Positions 19,479 to 35,507 of a DNA stretch of 64,000 nt are shown piece after piece. Below the pieces are notes generated by a model. It saw nothing but the letters and a program-made list of their open reading frames with translations, did not search any database and was not told the origin of the DNA. The DNA is from Tepidisphaera sp. (GTDB lineage: Bacteria > Planctomycetota > Phycisphaerae > Phycisphaerales > UBA1924). The position numbers and the translations under genes are program-made. Where the stretch lies: contig CP051526.1 in assembly GCA_050916045.1 (NCBI GenBank), positions 416,001-480,000 on the forward strand. Reading direction: 5' to 3'. Numbering within the stretch: position 1 is the stretch's first letter; the number at the start of each line of letters is the position of its first letter.

Positions 19479-19910
19479 ATGGGCAAGAAAGAAGTCGTCA
19501 ACGTATTTAAAGTGATGGCCCCGGGTGGGCAGGCGACGCCTGCGCCGCCTCTGGGTCCCGTGCTTGGCTCCAAGGGTGTGAACCCGGGCCAGTTCACGCA
19601 GAAGTTCAACGCCGCGACGCAGGCCTCCAAGGGCAAGATCGTCGTCGCGGTCGTGACGCTTTACAGCGACAAGAGCTTCGAGCTTGAGATCCGTTCGAGC
19701 CCGGCGAGCGTCCTGATCAAGGAAGCGGCGGGCGTCGAGAAGGGTTCGGGCGTTCCCAACAAGAACAAGGTCGGCAAGATCACGCGGAGCCAGGCGAAGA
19801 AGATCGCCGAGGTCAAAGCGGCGGATCTGAACGCGGCGTCGCCCGAAGCGGCGATCCGCATCATCGAAGGCACCGCCCGTTCCATGGGCATCACCGTGGT
19901 GGAGGGCTAA
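19479..19910 (+). CDS. rplK: 50S ribosomal protein L11
   Basis: 'GGQATPAPPLGPVLG', 'KGSGVPNKNKVGKIT', 'IEGTARSMGITV'. Confidence 0.97.
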   Translation: MGKKEVVNVFKVMAPGGQATPAPPLGPVLGSKGVNPGQFTQKFNAATQASKGKIVVAVVTLYSDKSFELEIRSSPASVLIKEAAGVEKGSGVPNKNKVGKITRSQAKKIAEVKAADLNAASPEAAIRIIEGTARSMGITVVEG

Positions 19911-19914
19911 TCCC

Positions 19915-20613
19915 ATGCCAAGACTCAGCAAGCGCACCAAAGCCAACGCTGCGAACATCAAGACGGACCCGGTCGGTACCGCTGAAGCGGTCGCGGCCCT
20001 CCGCAAGTTCAAGCCCACGAAGTTCGACCAGACCGTCAACATCTGCCTGCACCTGGGCGTTGATCCGGCTCACGCCGATCAGGCTCTCCGCGGGTCGATC
20101 AGCCTGCCCAAGGGCATCGGCAAGACCAAGCGCGTCGTCGCGTTCTGCCAGAGCGACGTCGCTCCCAAAGCCCTCGCGGCCGGTGCCATCAAGGCCGGCG
20201 GCGAAGAACTCGTCGCCGAGATCGAGAAGGGTTGGATGGACTTCGACGTCGCCATCGCGTCTCCGGACATGATGCGCGTTGTCTCCAAGCTCGGTAAGGT
20301 CCTGGGCCCCAAGGGCCTCATGCCCAGCCCCAAAGCCGGCACCGTGACCCCCCAGGTCGCCGACGCCGTCAAGGAATACTCGGCCGGTAAGGTCGAGTAC
20401 CGCACCGACAAGGGCGGCAACGTCCACGCGGTCGTGGGCAAGATGAGCTTCGCCGATGCGGCGCTCGTCGAGAACATCGACTTCTTCATCAAGGCCATCG
20501 AGAAGGTTCGCCCCTCCACCGTGAAGGGCATCTACATCAAGAAGGTCGTGGTGAGCGGCGTGATGACCCCCAGCGTCCAGATCAAGTACGTCACGGCCGT
20601 TGTCGCGGAATAA
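19915..20613 (+). CDS. rplA: 50S ribosomal protein L1
   Basis: 'KFDQTV..LGVDP..ADQALRG', 'LGKVLGPKGLMPSPKAGTVT'. Confidence 0.97.
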   Translation: MPRLSKRTKANAANIKTDPVGTAEAVAALRKFKPTKFDQTVNICLHLGVDPAHADQALRGSISLPKGIGKTKRVVAFCQSDVAPKALAAGAIKAGGEELVAEIEKGWMDFDVAIASPDMMRVVSKLGKVLGPKGLMPSPKAGTVTPQVADAVKEYSAGKVEYRTDKGGNVHAVVGKMSFADAALVENIDFFIKAIEKVRPSTVKGIYIKKVVVSGVMTPSVQIKYVTAVVAE

Positions 20614-20659
20614 CCCCAGGAAACGATTGACCCGGCGGTTGCCGCCGGAGAGGTGAACG

Positions 20660-21205
20660 ATGAGCAAGCCCATCAAGTCCATGATGATGCGCGAATACAA
20701 GGACCGGCTCTCCGGTGCCAACGAAGCGCTCCTGATCGGTATCCGCGGCATGAAGGCCAAGGATCAGGTCAAACTGCGGAGCGGTCTCGCCAAGAGCAAG
20801 ATCCGCATGACGGTCGTCAGCAACGCCCTGGCCGCCAAGGTGTTCGAAGGGACCGATCTTTCCAAGCTCTCGAGCATGCTCACGGGCTCGAGCGCGATCG
20901 CGTACGGCGGACAGTCCGTCGTCGAGGTCGCCCGCGAAGTCGTGAAGTTCGTCGAGAAGATGCCCACCCTTGAACTCAAGGGCGCCATCCTCGACGGCAC
21001 GCTCTACTCCGGCAAAGCCGGCGTGACCGAGCTGTCCAAGTTCCCCACCAAGGACGAGGCCATCGGCCAGGTCGTCACCTTGGTCGTCAGTCCCGCCAAG
21101 AAGCTCCTCGGCCAGATCAAGGGCCCGGGCTCCTCCATCGGCGGCATCATCAAAGCCATCGAGACCAAGCTCGAAAAGGGCGAGACCATCGCCAAGGTCG
21201 GTTGA
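20660..21205 (+). CDS. rplJ: 50S ribosomal protein L10
   Basis: Position between rplA and rplL; 'LRSGL..VVSNALA', 'LELKGAILDG', 'LSKFPTKDEAIGQ'. Confidence 0.93.
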   Translation: MSKPIKSMMMREYKDRLSGANEALLIGIRGMKAKDQVKLRSGLAKSKIRMTVVSNALAAKVFEGTDLSKLSSMLTGSSAIAYGGQSVVEVAREVVKFVEKMPTLELKGAILDGTLYSGKAGVTELSKFPTKDEAIGQVVTLVVSPAKKLLGQIKGPGSSIGGIIKAIETKLEKGETIAKVG

Positions 21206-21340
21206 TCCGGTTCCATTGATTGAAACAAGAGCTTCCGCTCTGGCCCGGCTTGCCGGGGTAAAGGCCGAGTGTTTCGGCCCCTCGCGGGAGCATGTTGGGA
21301 AGCCTGGCGTGGCCTGGCTTCTCGAAAGAAAGGTTTGAAC

Positions 21341-21730
21341 ATGTCTGACGTCGCTGCTCACATTTCCGAACTCGGTGACAAACTCGCTGGCCTGTCCCTC
21401 AAGGACGCGGTCGAGCTCGGCAAGTACATGAAGGACAAGTACGGCATCGAAGCCGCCGCCGGCGGCGGTGTCATGATGGCCGCGGCCGCGGGCCCCGCCG
21501 CCAAGGCCGAAGAGAAGACCTCCTTCGACGTCATCCTCAAGGCCGTCGACGCGACCAAGAAGATCGCCGTCATCAAGGTCGTCCGCGAGATCACCGGCCT
21601 CGGCCTCGCCGAAGCCAAGGCTTTCGTCGACGCCCCGGGCAAGCCCGTCAAGCAGGGCGTGGACAAGGCCGAAGCCGACAAGCTCAAGAAGAGCATCGAA
21701 GAGGCCGGCGGCACCGTCGAGCTCGCCTGA
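21341..21730 (+). CDS. rplL: 50S ribosomal protein L7/L12
   Basis: ATG 21341 after GAAAGG; 'EEKTSFDVIL', 'KIAVIKVVREITGLGLAEAK', 'EEAGGTVEL'. Confidence 0.97.
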   Translation: MSDVAAHISELGDKLAGLSLKDAVELGKYMKDKYGIEAAAGGGVMMAAAAGPAAKAEEKTSFDVILKAVDATKKIAVIKVVREITGLGLAEAKAFVDAPGKPVKQGVDKAEADKLKKSIEEAGGTVELA

Positions 21731-21768
21731 TCAGGCCGAGTTTGATTCGTGTCAATGTGTTGGAAACC

Positions 21769-21802
21769 GACGGCCCCGGGAAACCGGGGCCGTTGCTTTT
21801 TT
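21769..21802 (+). terminator. Rho-independent terminator after rplL
   Basis: gacggccccgg-gaaa-ccggggccgtt then gctttttt. Confidence 0.85.
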
Positions 21803-21836
21803 GGTACCGTTCGCACCGAGTACCCGGATCGTCACG

Positions 21837-22685
21837 ATGAAACGAGTTCTGCGAATGGTGGCGTGCCTTGGTGGAATCGCATTCGCGGTAGCCGCGTGCA
21901 CGCCGCACCGCGAGGCGACCTCATCCGAGGTCTTCGCCCGCCCGGTCATCGCGCGCGGGCACGCGCACAACGACTACAACCACGCCAGGCCTCTCCTGGA
22001 CGCCCTGGATGCACGCTTCATGAGCGTGGAGGCTGATGTATTCCTCATCGACGGCGAGTTGCTCGTGGCGCACGATCTTGCCGACTGTCGTCGACATCGC
22101 ACCCTCCGCGGAATGTATCTCGAGCCTCTCGCGGCGCGGGCCCGCGCGAGCGGACGGGTCTACGCGGACGCCCCCCGAGGCACCGGGCCGGTGGTGTTGT
22201 TGATCGACATCAAGCGCGACGGTGAGCGTGCCTACGCGGCGATTGACCGCGAACTCGCGGCGTACGCGGACGTGATGACCTCGTGGAAGGGCGGCGTCGT
22301 GACGCAGCGGGCGATCACCGTGATCATCTCGGGAGACATCCCGCGAACGACGATCGCCGCTCAGCAGGAACGCCGTGCCTTTGTGGACGGGAGAGAGCAT
22401 GATCTCGAAGGGTCCAGAGACGCCGCCGCACCGGCATCGCTCGTGCCGATGGTCAGCATGCCCTGGACCTCGCGATTCTCCTGGATCGGCCTGGGCCCGA
22501 TGCCGACCGCCCAGCGGAGGGAACTGACCCGGCTTGTGAGCGAGGCTCACGCACGCGGTTACCGGCTGCGGTTCTGGGGCACTCCGAACCTCCCGGAGTT
22601 CTGGAAGGAACTGGTCGCCGCGAGAGTGGATCTGGTGGGGGCCGATGACCTCGCGCTCGGAGTCGCGTCGCTCGGAGGTCCGTGA
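21837..22685 (+). CDS. Putative lipoprotein, PI-PLC/GDPD-superfamily phosphodiesterase (AIM6-like)
   Basis: Lipobox-like 'AVAAC'; 'GHAHNDY', 'SVEADVFL..ELLVAHD', 'LLIDIK', 'LRFWGTP', 'VDLVGADDL'. Confidence 0.8.
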   Translation: MKRVLRMVACLGGIAFAVAACTPHREATSSEVFARPVIARGHAHNDYNHARPLLDALDARFMSVEADVFLIDGELLVAHDLADCRRHRTLRGMYLEPLAARARASGRVYADAPRGTGPVVLLIDIKRDGERAYAAIDRELAAYADVMTSWKGGVVTQRAITVIISGDIPRTTIAAQQERRAFVDGREHDLEGSRDAAAPASLVPMVSMPWTSRFSWIGLGPMPTAQRRELTRLVSEAHARGYRLRFWGTPNLPEFWKELVAARVDLVGADDLALGVASLGGP

Positions 22686-22919
22686 CTTCGCGCCGCTCTC
22701 CGATAACCACGTTTCGTGCGGGATGGGAGGGCTTGGGCGGGGTCACGGGCGTGCGAACGCCTTTACGGTGCTTGACGCACACGAGATTCGACGCATCTTG
22801 TCGTTGCACGAGGGAGCGCGGCAAGACTCACGCAAGCGTTGCGTGGCTCGCTCCGAAACCGGAATGGCGGTCGCTGACTGATGAAGAGTCAGTCGGGGCC
22901 TCTCAACAGGAGCACAAAG

Positions 22920-23606
22920 ATGACGCGTTTGATTTCAATGGCTTTGGTTGCTGGCGCTGCTGGTGTGGCGATGGCGGATACCCCGCTGACGTCCGGGCCG
23001 ATGAACGCCGGCGGATCGCTCGGCAGCCGCTCCACGCTGATCAACCAGCAGAACAACGGCAACGCCAATCGCATCTCGCAGCAGTTCGGCGATTTCCCCG
23101 CGTTCTCGACCTACTCCTTCGATGATGTCACGTTCGCCAACGCGGTCGACCTGACGTCGATGACGGTGTACGGCACGGAACAGGGAAGCGGCGTGAACAC
23201 CGCCGTCGCTTACGCGCTCCTTGACGCGCCCGACGCCGTCAGCGGCAACGTCGTCGCTTCGGGCCTGGGGTCACAGGTCGGCGGCGACCTGGTGTTCGAC
23301 CTGACAGGCTTGTCGCTCGGCGCGGGCACCTACTGGCTGACCGCGTTCGTCGTGCGTGATTTCGGCACCGGCGGTCAGTGGTTCTGGAATCAGACCGGCG
23401 ATGCGATCTCCGGGAGCGAAGCGTTCGTCCACAATCCGGGCGGCGGCTTCGGTTTCGGCACCGGCTCGGTGCCCGGCTCCCAGGCGGGGATCGGCTTCAC
23501 GCCCGCGGACATGGCTTTCACGATCGAAGGCAACGTGGTTCCCGCGCCCGGCGCCTTCGCCGTCATGGGCCTCGGTGGCTTGATCGCCGGTCGTCGCCGC
23601 CGGTAA
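22920..23606 (+). CDS. Secreted protein with PEP-CTERM-like (VPAP..GRRRR) sorting tail
   Basis: AGGAG before ATG 22920; signal peptide; C-terminus VVPAPGAFAVMGLGGLIAGRRRR. Confidence 0.85.
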   Translation: MTRLISMALVAGAAGVAMADTPLTSGPMNAGGSLGSRSTLINQQNNGNANRISQQFGDFPAFSTYSFDDVTFANAVDLTSMTVYGTEQGSGVNTAVAYALLDAPDAVSGNVVASGLGSQVGGDLVFDLTGLSLGAGTYWLTAFVVRDFGTGGQWFWNQTGDAISGSEAFVHNPGGGFGFGTGSVPGSQAGIGFTPADMAFTIEGNVVPAPGAFAVMGLGGLIAGRRRR

Positions 23607-23921
23607 AGCGACCTTCCGTGTGACTTCTTGTCCGGCACTTGCCCCGCCGGACGGCACAGATCAGTTTGCACAGAACCCCCGAAAGAGGGTTCCGTGCGTT
23701 GAGAGCGAGAATCCCGGAACAGAGGGAAACCCGAGTTTTTCGGCGATCAGCGAAGAAAGTGCTTGTTTGCGAAAGACGTGTGGGGAATCTTCCACCCGCA
23801 CAAGGGAGAGAGGGACAAGACCCGCGCGAATGTTGCGCGGCCCACTCCCAAGGCACTGGTTGCGTGGCTTTGCTCCGATTTGAGAGGTCGGTGCGGGTTT
23901 CGCCTGTTTGGGAGAGAAGAC

Positions 23922-24605
23922 ATGACGCGTTTGATTTCATTGGTTGTTGTGGCTGGCACCGCTGGTGTTGCGATGGCGGATGGCCCGCTGCTTTCCGGTC
24001 CCGCGAACGCGGGCGGCTCGTTTGGTGGTCGCGCCGTTCTGGTCAACCAGAACAATAACGGCACCGGCAACCAGATCTCGCAGAGCTTCGGCGACTTCCC
24101 CGCTTTCACGACGCTCTCCTTCGACGATTTCACGCTGGGCAGCGCGGTGAATCTGACGTCCCTGACGGTGTACGGGACGGAAACCGGCACGGGCACGAAC
24201 GACTTCATCATCTACGCGATCACAAGCGACGCCAGCAATTCTCCCTCGACGATTTACGCTACGGGTGGCGGCGCGCAGCTTGGTGGCAACCTGGTGTTCG
24301 ACCTGACGGGCGTTTCCCTCGGTGCGGGCACCTACTGGCTGACGGCGTTCGTCGTCCGCGACTTCGGCACGGGTGGCCAGTGGTTCTGGAACCAGACCGC
24401 CGACGCGATCTCCGGCAGCGAGTCGTTCGTTCACAACCCCGGTGGCGGTTTCGGCGCCGGCACCGACCCGGTTTCGGGTTCGGTTCTGCTCGGCGGCAAC
24501 CCCTCGGACCTCGCGTTCACCATCGAGGGTGACATCGTCCCGGCCCCGAGCGCCCTCGCGCTGCTCGGCCTCGGCGGTCTCGTCGCCGGCCGTCGCCGCC
24601 GCTAA
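23922..24605 (+). CDS. Tandem paralog with PEP-CTERM-like sorting tail
   Basis: GGAG before ATG 23922; shares 'GAGTYWLTAFVVRDFGTGGQWFWNQT' exactly with the upstream gene; ends IVPAPSALALLGLGGLVAGRRRR. Confidence 0.85.
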   Translation: MTRLISLVVVAGTAGVAMADGPLLSGPANAGGSFGGRAVLVNQNNNGTGNQISQSFGDFPAFTTLSFDDFTLGSAVNLTSLTVYGTETGTGTNDFIIYAITSDASNSPSTIYATGGGAQLGGNLVFDLTGVSLGAGTYWLTAFVVRDFGTGGQWFWNQTADAISGSESFVHNPGGGFGAGTDPVSGSVLLGGNPSDLAFTIEGDIVPAPSALALLGLGGLVAGRRRR

Positions 24606-24630
24606 GCGGATCGGTTGAGAGCATGAATTT

Positions 24631-24670
24631 GACCGGACCGGCCCTCGTGGGTCGGTCCGGTTTGTTTTTG
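24631..24670 (+). terminator. Rho-independent terminator
   Basis: accggaccggccc-tcgt-gggtcggtccggt followed by ttgtttttg. Confidence 0.85.
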
Positions 24671-24714
24671 TTTGGATAGAGAAGGGCGAAGGCAGCGTGG
24701 TTTCGGTTCTGGTT

Positions 24715-24730
24715 TGGCACGCGAATTGCC
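24715..24730 (+). promoter_or_regulatory. Candidate sigma54 (-24/-12) promoter upstream of rpoB
   Basis: TGGCACGCGAATTGCC has GG-N10-GC spacing and matches TGGCACG-N4-TTGC. Confidence 0.45.
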
Positions 24731-25002
24731 TGAAAATTCAACCTTTCGTGTCGATTTCAAAGGACCCTGTGTTTACACTGAGGGGTTCAGCCGTTTGGAG
24801 CCCGCCGGCGTTTTCGAGGCCGGAGCATCCGCAGGCGAACGAAATTAGCGGCAAGATTCTTGATCGGGCGGCATTTTCGATTCGATTTTTCGGGCGATCC
24901 AGCGGCGTGAAGAAAGTTTCAGCGTAATCAGACACGGCTTTGACGATGAGCCGCGGCGGGATCATTCCCGGCGCGGCTGCTGTCGTCGCTTGCGAGTAAT
25001 TC

Positions 25003-28866
<3,864 letters not shown>

Positions 28867-28973
28867 AGCGGTGGCAGACTCGAGGTCGGAAGTCCTGTTC
28901 AGATTTGGAAGGTCAGATCAAGTAGCGAACCCAGCCCTCGCGTGACAAAGCGACGGCGCCTGGAGACAGAATC

Positions 28974-33335
<4,362 letters not shown>

Positions 33336-33357
33336 GCCTCACTGACGTTTGGTGAAC

Positions 33358-33395
33358 GACAGGACCCCGCGACCAAGCGGGGTCCTGTTCTTTTT
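33358..33395 (+). terminator. Rho-independent terminator after rpoC
   Basis: gacaggaccccgc-gaccaa-gcggggtcctgtt then cttttt. Confidence 0.85.
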
Positions 33396-33484
33396 CCCGG
33401 ACGTCGGGCCCGCTCTCCTACCGTCTTCCCTGTCCCGGACTGAACCCCGGGTCTGCCCATTCGTATCTTTCCAAGCAGCACCCG

Positions 33485-34657
33485 ATGGACGCGGTCCTCG
33501 CCGTCAAGCCGTTCGTTAAGCGTCGCCCCTGGTCGGTGGTGCTTCTGTCGCTCGCGCTGCTCGTGGTCATCGTCGCGGCGGTTCAGACCGTCATCACCCT
33601 CGCAGGATCCTTCGATCTGGGGTTCGGGTTCATCCTCGTCCTGCCCAGGATCTTGGAACTCGGGCTGATCGCGTTCGGGCTGGTGCTGACGGCGAAGGGG
33701 ATGCCGTATCGGATGGGCGGCTCGCTCCATTGCTCGCGTTGCGGGTATCAGCGGGTCGAGGAGCGAGACCGCCTGCTCGTCAACTGTCCCGAGTGCGGGC
33801 ACTACTGGCGGCTCTTCGGCGGATGGCGCACGGGCAAGCCACTCGGCGACAGGCGGCTGGTCACGATCGGGCTGCTTCTGTGCGTGGTGGGGATCGGAAC
33901 CGTGACCGGGCGCGAGCTCGCGGCCCGATGGCTGACCGAGCGTCTGAGTTCCTCGATGCTGATCAGGCATGTGCTGTACGCGCCGGCGGGCTCGGCGGGC
34001 ACGTCGTGGGAGGTCCTCGCGCGGCGGCCTCTGACGCAGGGTCAGGCCCGCTGGCTTGCGGATGATCTTCTCAAACGCCGGTCACAGCGCGGGTCTCTGG
34101 ATCTCGCGGCGACGCTGTGGCTTCAGAGCCGGGTCTCCGAACCGGGGTTCGACAAGCAGCTCGTCTCACGCTATTACGAGGAACTCGCGGACTTCTGGAT
34201 TGAAGCGCCCTCTCAGGCGCAGGTGCAGCAGGCTTTCGAGGTCTCGGTCCGCGGCGTTTATCGCGGGAATTCGGCTCCGACACCGGAGGGACGCGTCTCG
34301 TTCGCTGTCGAGGGGATCGTGATCGAGCTGCCCGCGCCCCCGCAGGAAGACCTCCGCACCGAGTTCGAGAAGCAGTTCCTGACGGGGCCCAAGGTGATGC
34401 TGTCGCAGGGCGTTTCGATGCAGACCCTCGATCCGGCTTCCGCCGGTCGCGACGCGAGCCTGGCTTCCGCTTCGGGCGTGGGCGCGTTCGTCGGGAAAGC
34501 AACCGTGCGGGCGACGGTCTGGATCCTCATCGGGCCGGAAGTGAACGAGGAACTCCGATGGACGACCGGAAGCGGGCCGCAGTCGCTCTCGACGCAGCGC
34601 CGCGCGATCCGCCGCGACATTGTTCGCGAGGTCGACATCGTTCCGGGCGGACGGTGA
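33485..34657 (+). CDS. Membrane protein with CxxCGY..CPECG zinc ribbon
   Basis: Hydrophobic segments flank 'CSRCGYQ..VNCPECG'; soluble C-terminal domain. Confidence 0.7.
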   Translation: MDAVLAVKPFVKRRPWSVVLLSLALLVVIVAAVQTVITLAGSFDLGFGFILVLPRILELGLIAFGLVLTAKGMPYRMGGSLHCSRCGYQRVEERDRLLVNCPECGHYWRLFGGWRTGKPLGDRRLVTIGLLLCVVGIGTVTGRELAARWLTERLSSSMLIRHVLYAPAGSAGTSWEVLARRPLTQGQARWLADDLLKRRSQRGSLDLAATLWLQSRVSEPGFDKQLVSRYYEELADFWIEAPSQAQVQQAFEVSVRGVYRGNSAPTPEGRVSFAVEGIVIELPAPPQEDLRTEFEKQFLTGPKVMLSQGVSMQTLDPASAGRDASLASASGVGAFVGKATVRATVWILIGPEVNEELRWTTGSGPQSLSTQRRAIRRDIVREVDIVPGGR

Positions 34658-34663
34658 TCCGCG

Positions 34664-35158
34664 TCATGCGCCGGTGGAGCCGAACCCGCCCGAGCCGCGA
34701 ACCGTCTCGTCAAGCTCTTCAACGGCTTGAATGGTCGCATGGGCGACCGGGGCGATCACAAGCTGCGCGATCCGCATGCCGTGGGTGATCGTGAAGGGTT
34801 CTTTGCCGAAGTTGATCACCGCGACGCGGAGCTCGCCGCGGTAGTCGCTGTCGATGGTGCCGGGAGCGTTGGGGAGCCCGATGCCGTGCTTGGTCGAAAG
34901 GCCGGATCGGGCACGGACCTGGCCCTCGAACCCGTGGGGGATCGCGACCGCGAGGCCCGTGGGGACAAGCAGGATCGCACCCGGGGCGACAGGCAGTTCG
35001 GGCTTGTCGGCCGGAAGACACGCGGAGAGGTCCAGCCCGGCGGCGTGCTGGGTCTGGTAAGCCGGGAGGGTCGCTCGCGCGTCGAGTCTCTTGATGCGAA
35101 GCACGGGGGCGGGAGTGGGAGCGGGAGTGGGAGTGGGGGTGGGAGTGGGGGCGGTCAT
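34664..35158 (-). CDS. dut: dUTP diphosphatase
   Basis: 'AAGLDL', 'QVRARSGL', '[11 protein letters not shown]', 'RIAQLV', '[10 protein letters not shown]'; N-terminal (TP)n extension. Confidence 0.96.
   Translation of the reverse strand: MTAPTPTPTPTPAPTPAPVLRIKRLDARATLPAYQTQHAAGLDLSACLPADKPELPVAPGAILLVPTGLAVAIPHGFEGQVRARSGLSTKHGIGLPNAPGTIDSDYRGELRVAVINFGKEPFTITHGMRIAQLVIAPVAHATIQAVEELDETVRGSGGFGSTGA
35108..35153. repeat. Degenerate hexamer repeat (gggagt/ggg[ag]g[ct]) encoding the [15 protein letters not shown]-terminus of Dut
   Basis: gggagtgggagcgggagtgggagtgggggtgggagtgggggcg. Confidence 0.7.
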
Positions 35159-35406
35159 CGCGACATCACCTCGGCGGCTTGGAACTGCTCGATCTGCCGG
35201 GTGAGGGTCTCGATCATCCGCTTGGTGGACGCGATGGCGTTGTCGAGGCTGGAACGGCCGGTGACGACGCGAAGGTGGTCACGCTGGCCGGACTGGGAGA
35301 GGAAAGCCTCGGACTGCGCCTGGGCTTCGGTGAGCGCACGGAGCAGGGTCTCCGCGTTCTCGCGGACCTGCACGGTCTCCTTCAGCAATCGCAAACGATC
35401 TTCCAT
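35155..35406 (-). CDS. Small helical hypothetical protein (83 aa), translationally coupled to dut
   Basis: Typical codon bias; stop overlaps the dut start (ATGA at 35155-35158); amphipathic helical sequence. Confidence 0.7.
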   Translation of the reverse strand: MEDRLRLLKETVQVRENAETLLRALTEAQAQSEAFLSQSGQRDHLRVVTGRSSLDNAIASTKRMIETLTRQIEQFQAAEVMSR

Positions 35407-35507
35407 GGGCGGACAGTCTGTTCAACGCCTCAATCCCACCAGACGCCGAACGATTTTCAAGCGGCGGGTGCTCAGATGGCGCGAAGATCATACGCCGGGG
35501 GGCCGGG

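Noticed and set aside
35108..35153. Hexamer repeat as a phase-variation tract
   Set aside because: The unit is a multiple of three and degenerate, so slippage would only change linker length.
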